From a virus (Duplodnaviria; Heunggongvirae; Uroviricota; Caudoviricetes), in the IMG/VR virus record IMGVR_UViG_3300013307_000015: a stretch of 64,000 bases of DNA; one strand, 5' to 3'. This document shows, one piece after another, positions 47,633 through 58,179 of this stretch (positions are counted from its first letter, which is position 1; each line of letters starts with the position of its first letter). The translations under genes were made by a program, and so were the position numbers. The notes below the pieces were generated by a model. That model was not told the origin of the DNA and did no database searches. It saw only the letters and a program-made list of their open reading frames with translations.

Positions 47633-49753
47633 TTAGGCCGTCGTCTGCGTGCTGTTCAGGTTCTGCTGAAGCTGCGACATGCGCAGCGTGTTGATCGTGA
47701 CGGTACCGATCGTCTTCATGTTGTTCGCATAAAGGTTGATCACCGTCGTCCAGCTGAACCCGTTCTGGGCGTCACGACCCGTCACCGTGGTGACCGGCTC
47801 GATCACGACGCGGTTGTCGAAACGACCGCGCACTGCTTCCGAGATGAACTCGTTGACGCCGTCGCACAGCTGACCATCGGTCAGGCTCGATTCGCCCGAG
47901 AAGGCGATCCAGCTGCGGTAAGCGACCTTCTCCAGTTCGCACGCGATGAGCGCCGTGAAGTAGGAGTTGAGCACCGACGTGTCGTCGTTGTACACCGTCT
48001 TGAGCGCCGGGATGAAGAACGCTTTGCGGCTGTACGACTGCACCCACACCAGACCGGTTGCCCAATCCTTGGCACGTTGCGTGTACGGCGTGAACGTGAC
48101 ATTGATGCCGCTGAAGTACTGCACCACCGCAGCGTCGCCGTGATCGAAGTTCTTCGTGCTCTTCCACTTGCCGTTGCCCGCGCCCATGTACTGCGCGCTC
48201 TTGATCAGGATTTCGAGCGTGAGCGGCAGCGGCTTGGTCCACTGGCTGTTGACCAGCGTACCCGAGCGACCGACGATCATCGCGCGCACCACCGGCGTGC
48301 CGTAGACTTCCGACTCCGGATAGAGCGAGACCATCGTCTTGAGCGAGAGCGCCACCGACGACTCTTGCGAGGCGGTCAGCTGCGGGCCGTTTGCGTCGAA
48401 CGGCGACAGGATCAGGAACGTGTCCTTACGCGTCGAGATGAACGCACCGAGCTTCTTCTTCGTGTTGAGCGTGTAGCCCGTGTCGTAGAAGATGGACTCG
48501 GGGTGAGCCATCGGGTCTTGGATCGGATCGTTCGGATCCGCGTATTCCTGGATCGCGTTGGCCACGTCCGTATCGAACGAAGCTGCCGACATCGTACCGT
48601 CACCGCCTGCGAGGGCGAAGAGGTTGGTGTTCTCCGACAAGCGCACTGCGTTCGCATCCGTCGTGTTGAAGACGAACGAATGGTACGGCACGCCTTGCGA
48701 GGACACACCGCTCACGAAGTTGAACAGGTTCTGCTCGTTCGCGGCGTTCGTGAAGTCGCTGAAGCCGTCGATGAACGGCACTTCGGCCGTGTAGAACGCT
48801 TCCACCAGCGTGGCGATCTGAGCGTCATAGCTGTGGAAACGGCCGAACGGACCGTAGTTGTTCGGGAACGACGGGTCGTTCAGCGTCTGCCACGCGCTCG
48901 GCACGTTCACGCCAGCATAAAGCTGGGCGTCGGTGTTCTTGTCGATCACACCCGGCACGAAGCACACGTCGACGTACTGGTCGCCCGAGGTCGTCGGGAT
49001 GACAGCCGTGTTCGAATTGGTGTCCGGACGCGAAGCGAATTGCATGCGGAACGGATAGACCAGTTCGTCCGTGAGGATACGCGGATCGAGCGGAATCGAC
49101 GAGAGCAGCGTCGGTGCGAAGAAGCGCAGCGCTTGGTTGTTACCCCATGCGCCGAAGCTCGATGCATCGATGTCGAGGATCGGGTACTTCTTGGACTGCG
49201 TGCTCGTGGCCGTGTCCGTCTGGTCGCCGGCCGACTCCGTGCCTTGACCGAAGAGGTCATTGCCTTGGCTGTCGACACCGATCGGATCGACGACGAACTT
49301 CACCTTATAGCCTTGGACGGTTTTCGTGCCGTCTTGCTTCGGTTGGTTGTTGTCGTCCAGTTGGTACGAGCCGTCTGCGTTGCGCAGATACACCGGGATT
49401 GCGACCGGTCCCAGAACGTCCAGCGACAGGCGCAAAGCGGCTGCCTTCGGTGCGTCCGCCGGCTTCAGGCGGCGCAGGATGATCTGGTTCGCATTCGCCA
49501 TCGCGAGATTCGCGGCGACGGTTGCGTGGGTGGCGTACTTGCTGCGCAGGTCGAACGTCTGCGAACCGTAGATTCGGGTGGCCGAATCGCCGATGACGAG
49601 CTGGTCGTCGAGCGGACCTTGCGCGGCGTACACGTAGAATTTCGGAAGATGGCTGGGAAGCTGTTCGGCAACGATTTGCGGGGTTGCCCCCGAAGAATCC
49701 TCGATACCTTGCAGATTCACATACGGTGCAGCATTCTGAAATTGCGCCTGCAT
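47633..49753 (-). CDS. Tail sheath protein (phiKZ gp29-like)
   Basis: 706 aa from MQAQFQNAAP; 'TFDLRSKYATHAT', 'GGDGTM', 'YDTGY', 'KTVYNDDTSVLNS'. Confidence 0.85.
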   Translation of the reverse strand: MQAQFQNAAPYVNLQGIEDSSGATPQIVAEQLPSHLPKFYVYAAQGPLDDQLVIGDSATRIYGSQTFDLRSKYATHATVAANLAMANANQIILRRLKPADAPKAAALRLSLDVLGPVAIPVYLRNADGSYQLDDNNQPKQDGTKTVQGYKVKFVVDPIGVDSQGNDLFGQGTESAGDQTDTATSTQSKKYPILDIDASSFGAWGNNQALRFFAPTLLSSIPLDPRILTDELVYPFRMQFASRPDTNSNTAVIPTTSGDQYVDVCFVPGVIDKNTDAQLYAGVNVPSAWQTLNDPSFPNNYGPFGRFHSYDAQIATLVEAFYTAEVPFIDGFSDFTNAANEQNLFNFVSGVSSQGVPYHSFVFNTTDANAVRLSENTNLFALAGGDGTMSAASFDTDVANAIQEYADPNDPIQDPMAHPESIFYDTGYTLNTKKKLGAFISTRKDTFLILSPFDANGPQLTASQESSVALSLKTMVSLYPESEVYGTPVVRAMIVGRSGTLVNSQWTKPLPLTLEILIKSAQYMGAGNGKWKSTKNFDHGDAAVVQYFSGINVTFTPYTQRAKDWATGLVWVQSYSRKAFFIPALKTVYNDDTSVLNSYFTALIACELEKVAYRSWIAFSGESSLTDGQLCDGVNEFISEAVRGRFDNRVVIEPVTTVTGRDAQNGFSWTTVINLYANNMKTIGTVTINTLRMSQLQQNLNSTQTTA

Positions 49754-49947
49754 GATGTGTTCCTGAGTTAATGGTATAGTTTCGAAGGCGATGGCAAGCA
49801 TCATACTTATTTGAAATTTTACCGGGATGCCTATTGGGGATTTCCGGGATGATTTCTATAAAATTAGATGAAACTTGCCCTCGGGAAAAAAGATACACTA
49901 GCTCGATCACCGTCGGGCTCAAACAACCTCATTCAGGATGCCCTGCG

Positions 49948-50871
49948 ATGATCTATAAAACTGCTTACGATACTTTCGTTTGCCAGCCCTTCGTGATGAC
50001 GAAGGTACGGCATGCCCTGGATGCCGTGTATCACACTGGCCAGCTGCAAAATATTCCTCGTTCCGGAGCGCTGCAATTGCAGGGCGGCTCGCCGCTGGCA
50101 AACGAGGTCCCTGCTTTTGCGCACCCGATTCAGATCGACAAAACGGTTGGTGCCCATGACGAGCCGCCGATCGTAGTGGATGTGCGTTCGTTCGGTAAGT
50201 ACGACTCCCATGTGGGTGACTTTGTCATCCGCAACCGCACCGAGTACAGTTTTCAAGTGCTGCGGGCACGGCTGAACAACTGCTGGGTGAAAGACGCCCC
50301 GTCGCTGTTGCTCAACGTCGGGGCACTCGGCATGAAACTCTTCGCTGCGTGGATTGCGGAAAACGTGACGAAGAAGTTTTTATTGGACGCACGTGAAAAG
50401 CTCATGCTCCAAATCTACTCGGCGTTCTTCTACTGGAGTCTTTTCCAAGACGACCACTCGATGAACGCCGTGCTCAAGCATCGCGCCATGGCCACGATCA
50501 TGAAGTCGACGGGCCTCTCGGGCAAGGAAGTGGCCGAAGTTGTCGAACACTTCGAGAAACCCCTCACGGGTATCGAAGAGTTCTGCGCGCTCGCTCACGA
50601 AGTCGTGCGTTCGATCCGCCTGAAGGAGTTCAACGTCGGCGTGCTGTACGCAATCCTGAAGAGCACGTGGTTTGGTGTCAACAGCCAAGAAGTAGTGGCC
50701 GTTGCACTGGAACATCCGCCGACCTGGATCGCGATGATCTGCATGGCTTCACAAGATCGTTCGTTCAAAAACTCCGCAGTCAATCGACTGCTGGAGAACC
50801 TCGATCGGCGTGACAAGGGTGTGAACTTCGCGCGAGCTGTTACCGTTGCTCTGGACGCAGCCCAGGCATGA
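49948..50871 (+). CDS. Virion structural protein (phiKZ gp28-like)
   Basis: 307 aa from MIYKTAYDT; 'VALEHPPTW'; divergent from the sheath gene. Confidence 0.7.
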   Translation: MIYKTAYDTFVCQPFVMTKVRHALDAVYHTGQLQNIPRSGALQLQGGSPLANEVPAFAHPIQIDKTVGAHDEPPIVVDVRSFGKYDSHVGDFVIRNRTEYSFQVLRARLNNCWVKDAPSLLLNVGALGMKLFAAWIAENVTKKFLLDAREKLMLQIYSAFFYWSLFQDDHSMNAVLKHRAMATIMKSTGLSGKEVAEVVEHFEKPLTGIEEFCALAHEVVRSIRLKEFNVGVLYAILKSTWFGVNSQEVVAVALEHPPTWIAMICMASQDRSFKNSAVNRLLENLDRRDKGVNFARAVTVALDAAQA

Positions 50872-50961
50872 TCTCCACTAAGCGGTGAGGCACCTTCCAT
50901 TTGAGGCCAAGCGGTTTCAAATGGGGTGCCTCGCTCGCTTATACGCAAAACAGGGATATTC

Positions 50962-53583
50962 ATGACATTCGATTTCGTTGTCGACCACGCGCAGAAACAC
51001 GTGTGGTGCGTCCCGAATCAGGACCGGCAGGCTATTTTGGAGCCTTTCAAGATCACGCCCTTGGGCGGGGTCTGGAATACGGTTCGACTCATGTGGCGCG
51101 ACATTCAGCTGCCGGTGGCGAACACGCATTTCCATCTGTACAACATCGGCCAGTTTAACAACTCACTGCTCGGGCTACCCGACAGCTACGGGAAATGGAC
51201 CAGCTTCCAAGCGGCAATGAATGCAGTGCCGCTGATCGTCGACATTTATGCCGCATCAGGCGTGCAGATGCCGCGATTTGCCTGCTGGTACATGATGACG
51301 AAAGATAAAGACCTCGTCATCGCAGTGCAGGACCAAAGCACCATCAACATCGATCTGGATAACGATCCGATCTATGTGCGTTTCTATTCGAACGCGTTCT
51401 ACAACAGCCAAGCGTCTTCGAAGGTTGCAGACTTCATCAAGACGAATGGCTCGAAGGTACTCAACAGCACAGCCATCGTGGCGCTGCAAAACGAGTATCA
51501 AACGCTTCAGGCGCAGATGGCTGCCGGGACGATTCCGAAAGGAGAAGTCTACGCGTTCGTCAACGGCTGGCGCGTCAGTCAAATCGATCTTTTCACTGCG
51601 AAGATTGGTGACTGCGTGGAGTATATCTACGACAGCTCCATCTACGTGGTGATCGATGTACCCGTCAGTAGCATGCCGGTGTTCACCTCGACACTGGATT
51701 CGAAGCTGAAGTACTTGGTCCACTACGCTGGACTGGGTGATCAGCAAATCGACTACCAAGACGACATCGACTTTTTTTTGTACCAACCCATCGCAGGAGA
51801 CCAGCAAGGACGTTGGTCGGGGTTGTACTACCACCGCAATAACGCGGATGCCGTACGCATGGTCACGCATAAGGACTACGCGATTCCGACCACGTACGTG
51901 CAAGCTTACGCAACGGGACAGACATCGTGGGGCGACCTCACGAAGCTGACGCTGCGCATGCAAATCCGCAAGGGCGGCATGAGCCGACCGCTGGTGTTCG
52001 AGAACAACCGCATTCATGAGCTGTACAAGCTGCCGGATGCGGAGATCGTGCAGGCCATGGTCGGGGTGAATGCGACGGTGCCGAACTGGCAAGCAGCAAC
52101 GCTTGAAGCCTCGGCGTACACGCAGATCATGCGTCAGGTGAAAACCAACGACATCACGAACCTGATGGTTCAGAACGCGTACGGCTACAACGCAATCTCG
52201 AAGCTCATCGGTGACACTCCGCAATTCACGCGGGTCTATTCGGGACAGACGATCGCGGATATTCCGTACTCGCTCTCGGATAATTGCACGGGCTACGAAT
52301 ACGACGTGAATGGTCAGCTGCTGGGTTTCTTCCAGCATCGCGGTGGTACGACCTACGTTGCCTCGTCTTCGCTGTGCAATCTGGTCGAGATGGTATCGGG
52401 TCAAGGTGGTCAGTTGCTGGATGAGACCTATGGTCAAAACCAAGTGGCGTTGATTCCGGGACGTAATTACCGGTACTACACCTGCCCGATTGATCCGGTC
52501 ACAAGCCGACCGACCTTCGTCTGGACGGATGTGACGGGAAGCGGCCAGTACGCCGTGCAGAACAACCAAGCGACGTGGTTGATCGACACCACCAAGTTCT
52601 ACACGCTGGTGCGCGGTGATACGCGCTTCTTGGCGTATGAGCTGGCGCTGCCGATGACGGCAGGTATGTTGCAATTCAATCTGACGCAGCAAGCAGTGCG
52701 CTTCAGTCAGATCCAGAACATCGTGATGGAAATCCCGATGGGTGAGTTGCAACTCTGGCTGAACGACAACGCCCTGATCGAAGGGGTCGACTACTTCGTG
52801 AAGTTCCCGCAAGTGGTCATCACCAACAAGACCTTCCTGAAGAATGTCGCTACCGACCCGCAAAACATCATGGTGCGTTTCATGGGCTTTTGCAATGCAG
52901 ACATGACGCGTACTGCTGCGCAAGACGTGGGTTGGGTGAAGTACGGACGGCTGTCGGACAACAACATGTTCGACATTCGGGATGACAAAGTGATGTCGTT
53001 TATCGTGGGTGGTCGCGCGTACGATCGTACGCAGCTGACGTTCCAAGAAACGACAGGTGCGGTGATTCCGCAAGACGCTCGCAACGGTGAGCCGTATCAG
53101 ATTCGCGACATCGTCGTGCCACTGGACGGACTCGTCAATGCAGACACGTACAGCTTGCGGGCACAATCGCAAGTGATCGACCAAGTCGTCTCGGCCTACA
53201 TGACGGCTCGTCTGCAAGAAAGTGATCCGGACATCCCGTCTGTGATCCCCGATCTGTGGCGCGTCTACAGTCCGTTCTTCAGTCGGATCATGGCTGACCT
53301 GCTCTCCGGGCAACTGGCACCTTCCTTCTTGATGGGGAACTATTCCGATCAGGACGTGAAGAATGCCTGCGCTTCGTATGAGTGGTTGCTGGTTTTCGAT
53401 CAGACGCAGGATGCTCAGCTTGCCGATACGGAGTACATGGTCGTGCAGCCGCACATCTTCGATCAACCTGTCACTGTGTCGATCTACATCTACAAGTTCC
53501 TCTCGCGAGTTGCGGCGCTGTATCTGCACAATCGCGTGGACATGTCGACGTGGGTCAACATCGAACAAATCGCAGCTGCATAA
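50962..53583 (+). CDS. Virion structural protein (phiKZ gp27-like)
   Basis: 873 aa; 'VWCVPNQDRQ', 'RMVTHKDY', 'AYGYNAIS'. Confidence 0.75.
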   Translation: MTFDFVVDHAQKHVWCVPNQDRQAILEPFKITPLGGVWNTVRLMWRDIQLPVANTHFHLYNIGQFNNSLLGLPDSYGKWTSFQAAMNAVPLIVDIYAASGVQMPRFACWYMMTKDKDLVIAVQDQSTINIDLDNDPIYVRFYSNAFYNSQASSKVADFIKTNGSKVLNSTAIVALQNEYQTLQAQMAAGTIPKGEVYAFVNGWRVSQIDLFTAKIGDCVEYIYDSSIYVVIDVPVSSMPVFTSTLDSKLKYLVHYAGLGDQQIDYQDDIDFFLYQPIAGDQQGRWSGLYYHRNNADAVRMVTHKDYAIPTTYVQAYATGQTSWGDLTKLTLRMQIRKGGMSRPLVFENNRIHELYKLPDAEIVQAMVGVNATVPNWQAATLEASAYTQIMRQVKTNDITNLMVQNAYGYNAISKLIGDTPQFTRVYSGQTIADIPYSLSDNCTGYEYDVNGQLLGFFQHRGGTTYVASSSLCNLVEMVSGQGGQLLDETYGQNQVALIPGRNYRYYTCPIDPVTSRPTFVWTDVTGSGQYAVQNNQATWLIDTTKFYTLVRGDTRFLAYELALPMTAGMLQFNLTQQAVRFSQIQNIVMEIPMGELQLWLNDNALIEGVDYFVKFPQVVITNKTFLKNVATDPQNIMVRFMGFCNADMTRTAAQDVGWVKYGRLSDNNMFDIRDDKVMSFIVGGRAYDRTQLTFQETTGAVIPQDARNGEPYQIRDIVVPLDGLVNADTYSLRAQSQVIDQVVSAYMTARLQESDPDIPSVIPDLWRVYSPFFSRIMADLLSGQLAPSFLMGNYSDQDVKNACASYEWLLVFDQTQDAQLADTEYMVVQPHIFDQPVTVSIYIYKFLSRVAALYLHNRVDMSTWVNIEQIAAA

Positions 53584-53598
53584 TCGGGAGAAACCTGA

Positions 53599-55275
53599 AT
53601 GTCAACTCCAATTACCGCGACGCCGCCGGCCGGTAATGATGGCGTCGTACCGTATTGGCCCAAAAACAATACGTGGAAAATCTGGAATGTGGCGGAACTC
53701 TTCATGGGTCCGCAAACGCCGGGTACCAATCACTACGTGCCGAACGTGGGTGACTGGGCAGTGGATACGAACCTGAACCAGTTCTACAAGGTGACGGCTA
53801 TCGATCCGACCACGTTCGTGGCGACCTTGCAGAAGATCCAAGGGCCGATTCCGTCGGATGAATTCACCGACGCCGATCGATTGCTGTCTCCGGGTCCGGG
53901 TCCGCGTTCGAACACGTACCTCATGTACGTGAACAAGAACACGAAACCTTTCACTGCTGCACTCGACGCACGTCTGTACGTGATGGGCACTGCCACGCGC
54001 ACCTGCCGTGTGGTGATTGGCTCGGCACTCAACGGCACGCGCAAAGTCATCAGCGCGGCGTACGACAACGCGGGCAACCTCGTCAGTCAGGACATCCAGC
54101 TGGAAATTGTCGACGGCACCAACGCGGTTAAGGTGGTTCCGCCGTTCAATACCACGGAAGATCTGACGGACGGAGAAATCGTCACGGCTGAGTTCTACTC
54201 GGATACGGGCGATCTGGTTTCGCAAAGCCAGCTGCGTGTGCGCAATACGGCGTTCATCCGTTCGCCGGCACTGGGTACGAAGTACGTGACGAGTATCGGC
54301 TTGCAGTCGCCGTTCCTCTCGTCTGCTGATCCGACGCAGATCCTGTACCCGCTGAACGTACCGCTGCAAGGCTTGAACCTGATGGGGGTGGTGAACTACT
54401 CCGACGGTTCGCAACGTGTGCTGCCAGTCGATGGCACGAAGTTCCAGCTGTTCGGTTTCAATACGGGCTTCGTCGCTACTGTGATCGGTCAGAAGGTGCC
54501 GCTGGTGTTGAAGTACAACCTCTCGGCGGACGAAATCGCGTACGGGTCGACTGCCAACCAAGGCAACTTCCTCACGCGCGAATTCACCGCCACGACGGTG
54601 GAGCCGAACAACCAGTACACGGTCAAGCTCTTCTGCTACCCGATCTGGGTGGATGCGGTCAACGGCTATCGTCTGCGTTGGTTCCTGTTGAACCTCGACC
54701 GGACGGTCTGGTACGACGTGACGCCTTACATCGTCTACCAGAATGCGTTCAATCCGCTCGCGTATGGCGTGCAGCAAAAGCTTCAGGTGCAACTGAACCT
54801 GCAAAAGGTCAACGGTTCGTTCCTGAACTTCAACTTCACGCAGACCGTGTGGGTGTCGCTGCTCAATCAGGGCACGGAGCGCAGCACCAACTGGACCATT
54901 GCGTTTGCACCGGGTCAATCGCCGCAGTTTGGCGTGAACGACTACGCGGCAACGACGTTCGTCAACCAGAACCTCTGGAAGGTGAACCTCGCAATGGGCG
55001 AGACCGACATCGACAACTGGCTGCCGCGCGTCTATGGCGCAACGCTGCCGCTGTACGACACGCAGAAGGAACCGGGTCCTCTGACTCCGACGCACTTCTC
55101 GCTCTTGGTCGGTGCAACCGAATACGAGTTCCCGATTTCGCAGTGGAATCAGGACCTCGTCTCGAATCAAGCCATTCCGGATTCGAGCACGCTGTTCGTG
55201 CGTTTCTTCAAGCGCACGCCGGACAACGATCTCCAATTGGCGGTCGCTGGCTTCCCGGTGTATCAGCAGAACTAA
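53599..55275 (+). CDS. Virion structural protein (phiKZ gp26-like)
   Basis: 558 aa, beta-rich, upstream of the terminase. Confidence 0.75.
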   Translation: MSTPITATPPAGNDGVVPYWPKNNTWKIWNVAELFMGPQTPGTNHYVPNVGDWAVDTNLNQFYKVTAIDPTTFVATLQKIQGPIPSDEFTDADRLLSPGPGPRSNTYLMYVNKNTKPFTAALDARLYVMGTATRTCRVVIGSALNGTRKVISAAYDNAGNLVSQDIQLEIVDGTNAVKVVPPFNTTEDLTDGEIVTAEFYSDTGDLVSQSQLRVRNTAFIRSPALGTKYVTSIGLQSPFLSSADPTQILYPLNVPLQGLNLMGVVNYSDGSQRVLPVDGTKFQLFGFNTGFVATVIGQKVPLVLKYNLSADEIAYGSTANQGNFLTREFTATTVEPNNQYTVKLFCYPIWVDAVNGYRLRWFLLNLDRTVWYDVTPYIVYQNAFNPLAYGVQQKLQVQLNLQKVNGSFLNFNFTQTVWVSLLNQGTERSTNWTIAFAPGQSPQFGVNDYAATTFVNQNLWKVNLAMGETDIDNWLPRVYGATLPLYDTQKEPGPLTPTHFSLLVGATEYEFPISQWNQDLVSNQAIPDSSTLFVRFFKRTPDNDLQLAVAGFPVYQQN

Positions 55276-55287
55276 GATCGGTTCCCG

Positions 55288-55336
55288 CCACTTCTCCCTT
55301 CTCCAGAACATCGGGGAGGGGAGAGTGGTCTTTTTT
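55288..55336 (+). terminator. Intrinsic terminator
   Basis: CCACTTCTCCCTTCTCC...GGGGAGGGGAGAGTGG plus T-tract. Confidence 0.75.
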
Positions 55337-55367
55337 ATGACCTATCTATAACGTCGAGAGAGTCCTT

Positions 55368-55868
55368 ATGTCTGACTTGCTGACTTACCATCCACCGATC
55401 ATCGCCATGCGCGCTGCATGGGCGAATGCGCTCACGGGACAGGAAGCCACGTACTTTCCATCCATCATCGGGGGTGAGACGTGGAATACTCCACCCACGA
55501 TCGCTAACCTCAAGAATTGGAAATGGATTCGTCACGGGATTCTGACCATCAAGCAGAACACGCTCGTCAATCTGGCTGTGCTCCAGCAAGGCACGCCGTG
55601 GCTGGCCGCTGTGCAGCCGGTGAGCTGGTCGATTGATTCGACCCAGTACGCCTCGCTGCAAGGCGTCGATTCTGGCAGTATCTACGGCGACAACCAGCAG
55701 TTGTTGAAAGTCAACCCCAACCTGCCCACACCCGATCCGAGCGATAACAAGATCAAGGGCTATATCGGGAAGGCAGTTCTGATCACTGGCACCTACGTTG
55801 ATGGTTCGACAATCGTCGAACAGTTGTTGCTTTACCCGCAACTGGCGCAGGCGCAGCCGATCAATTAA
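55368..55868 (+). CDS. Hypothetical protein
   Basis: 166 aa between the gp26-like gene and the terminase. Confidence 0.7.
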   Translation: MSDLLTYHPPIIAMRAAWANALTGQEATYFPSIIGGETWNTPPTIANLKNWKWIRHGILTIKQNTLVNLAVLQQGTPWLAAVQPVSWSIDSTQYASLQGVDSGSIYGDNQQLLKVNPNLPTPDPSDNKIKGYIGKAVLITGTYVDGSTIVEQLLLYPQLAQAQPIN

Positions 55869-55886
55869 GCCTGAGCGAGGCTGACC

Positions 55887-58142
55887 ATGATTCTGTTCGA
55901 AGAAGATTGGGCCAAGTACCCGGATGCAATTGCTGACTTCAAAACGAAGAACACCAGTTTCCTCCGGATGGCAGGAGTGTACCGTTCGATGGGTATTTCG
56001 AACCACACCTTCATGCTGGCCCTACACAACCCCTTACTCCAAGGCGTCGATCCGTTTGATTACGAGAATCTCACGGATGAGTTGAAACTCATGATTGCGG
56101 CGGAGTGCAAAGAAAATCCGTGGTACTTCTTCCGCGAATGCGGACGAGCCCCTCAACAGGGTACGATGGAGTCGGTGCCGGTGGAAGCCAACCGGGGCAA
56201 CCTGTGTCTGTGGTGGTGTTTCTTTAACCACGTCTTCATCATCCTGATTCAGATTCGTCAGACCGGTAAGTCGTTTTCGACAGACTTGCTCTGGGGATTG
56301 TGTCTGGAGCTGATGTGCGAGCACACGACGATTAACCTGATGACTAAGGACGATCAGCTCCGTAAGGAAAACATCGATCGTCTGAAGAACATCATGTTAG
56401 ACTTGCCACGCTATCTGGATTTGCGTGGACGGGATGACGCAAACAACACGGAAATGATCACCGTGAATTTGCGGGACAACAAGTACAAGGCGCACGTACC
56501 GCAGATGCAGGAAAAGCGGGCGTACAACTTGGGTCGCGGGATGACGTCGCCGATCTTCCAGATTGACGAAGGTCCGTTCCAACCGAACATTTCGATCGCG
56601 TTGCCGGCAGCACTGGCTGCAACGACGGCAGCCGTTACCGCTGCTATTGAAAACGACACGCCGTATGGCACGGTCATGACGACGACGGCGGGCAAGAAGA
56701 ACGACAAGGACGGTGCGTACGTCTACGGCATCGTTCAGGAATCGGCCCAGTGGACCGAGAAGTTGTTTGACTGCAAGAACCGTGAAGAGTTGGAGAAGGT
56801 CGTGCGCGGCATGAGCCGGCCCAACGAGTACGGCGAAACGTTCTATCAGGTGGTCGCTACCTTCAATCACATCCAACTCGGCAAGAGCGACAAGTGGTTG
56901 TACGAAACGATTCAGCGGGTGAAGGCCAAAGGCGAAGACGCCGACCGCGACTTCTTTAATCGCTGGACGAGTGGTTCGCAGTCGATGCCGTTTGACCTTG
57001 AACTGGGTGAAAAGGCAGCCAAGTCGGAGATGGAGCCGCTTTACATCGACATCGGCAAACCTGAACCGTACGTGACGCGCTGGTACATTCCGGAAGCGAC
57101 CATTGAGCGCCGGATGGCCAATGGGAAATTCGTACTGGGGATGGATACGTCGGATGCATCCGGCGGTGACGATATCGGCATGGTGCTTGTCGACATCGAA
57201 ACGGGCGAGACGATCGCTTGCGGGACATTCAACAACACGAACACCACGCCCTTCTTCCGTTGGGTGGCATCGATTCTGGTCACGTACAAGAACGTCACGG
57301 CCATTATCGAAAAGCGTTCGTCAGGTGCTGCGCTGTTGGATGCATTGATGTGGATTTTGCCGCAGTTTGGCGAAGACCCCTTCAAGCGGATCTTCAACTG
57401 GGTGGTGAACGATCACTTGGAATATCCGGATCGGTACAAAGAAGTCAACATGCACGTGAACCGGCGTTCGTCGGACATCGGTACACGCTATCGCAAGTAC
57501 TTCGGGTTTGCAACGAGTGGTTCAGGCGCTACCTCGCGTGCCGAGCTGTACTCGGATACGCTCACCACTGCCATGCAGCGTTCGTGCACGAAGATGCGCG
57601 ATAAGACACTCATTGATCAGGCGTTGAGTTTGATCGTCAAGGACGGTCGAGTGGATCACCCGCGTGGTCAGCACGACGACATGGTGATCGGTTGGCTGCT
57701 GTGTCACTGGCTCATGACTAAGGCGACTAACCTGCAATTCTACGGGATTGACTCACGTTGCATTCTGTCGAAAGCAATGCCGCAGAAGGTTTTGTCGATT
57801 GCTGAGCAGCGCGAGCTGCGTGAGCAACAGCAGATCAAATCTCAAATGGAGGAACACTACAAGCGACTTCAAAATGAATCGGATGAGAATATATGTATGC
57901 GACTGGAGCACATGCTCAAATCGTTATCCATGCGTCTCACCAGTCAGGAAGAGGACGCTGTCTCGATCGACGAATTGATCCGTCAAGCACGGGAAACTCG
58001 TCGAGAACGCAAGCGCGCTGGGCTTTACAACCGGGGCCAGTCCATTCATCAACAACTGGGCTACGCCAACGGCGCGCATCAGGGTGAGTTCTCTGACCGC
58101 CCTATGTCTGCCAACGAAATCTACCGTAGGAGGTACGGTTAA
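55887..58142 (+). CDS. terL: Terminase large subunit (phiKZ gp25-like)
   Basis: 'NPWYFFRE', Walker A 'RQTGKS', Walker B 'FQIDE', 'TTTAG', nuclease 'GMDTS' and 'HDDMVIGWLL'. Confidence 0.93.
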   Translation: MILFEEDWAKYPDAIADFKTKNTSFLRMAGVYRSMGISNHTFMLALHNPLLQGVDPFDYENLTDELKLMIAAECKENPWYFFRECGRAPQQGTMESVPVEANRGNLCLWWCFFNHVFIILIQIRQTGKSFSTDLLWGLCLELMCEHTTINLMTKDDQLRKENIDRLKNIMLDLPRYLDLRGRDDANNTEMITVNLRDNKYKAHVPQMQEKRAYNLGRGMTSPIFQIDEGPFQPNISIALPAALAATTAAVTAAIENDTPYGTVMTTTAGKKNDKDGAYVYGIVQESAQWTEKLFDCKNREELEKVVRGMSRPNEYGETFYQVVATFNHIQLGKSDKWLYETIQRVKAKGEDADRDFFNRWTSGSQSMPFDLELGEKAAKSEMEPLYIDIGKPEPYVTRWYIPEATIERRMANGKFVLGMDTSDASGGDDIGMVLVDIETGETIACGTFNNTNTTPFFRWVASILVTYKNVTAIIEKRSSGAALLDALMWILPQFGEDPFKRIFNWVVNDHLEYPDRYKEVNMHVNRRSSDIGTRYRKYFGFATSGSGATSRAELYSDTLTTAMQRSCTKMRDKTLIDQALSLIVKDGRVDHPRGQHDDMVIGWLLCHWLMTKATNLQFYGIDSRCILSKAMPQKVLSIAEQRELREQQQIKSQMEEHYKRLQNESDENICMRLEHMLKSLSMRLTSQEEDAVSIDELIRQARETRRERKRAGLYNRGQSIHQQLGYANGAHQGEFSDRPMSANEIYRRRYG

Positions 58143-58179
58143 ACACTGTATCTTGTAGATTTAACTGATGGAGTACCAC

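Noticed and set aside
49819-49851. Short direct repeat CCGGGATG twice in the sheath/gp28 divergent gap
   Set aside because: Only two 8-bp copies, not noticed at other promoters; too weak to call an operator.
862-55311. Very long antisense ORFs (e.g. 862-2199, 8966-10333, 40788-42626, 48077-49771, 51256-53568, 53602-55311)
   Set aside because: They mirror real genes on the opposite strand, have Arg/Val/His-rich shadow composition and no recognisable motifs, and are expected from GC3-biased codon usage.
34625-58142. Introns or inteins in the RNAP, protease or terminase genes
   Set aside because: The ORFs are continuous with family-typical lengths and show no intein-end, LAGLIDADG or HNH motifs.
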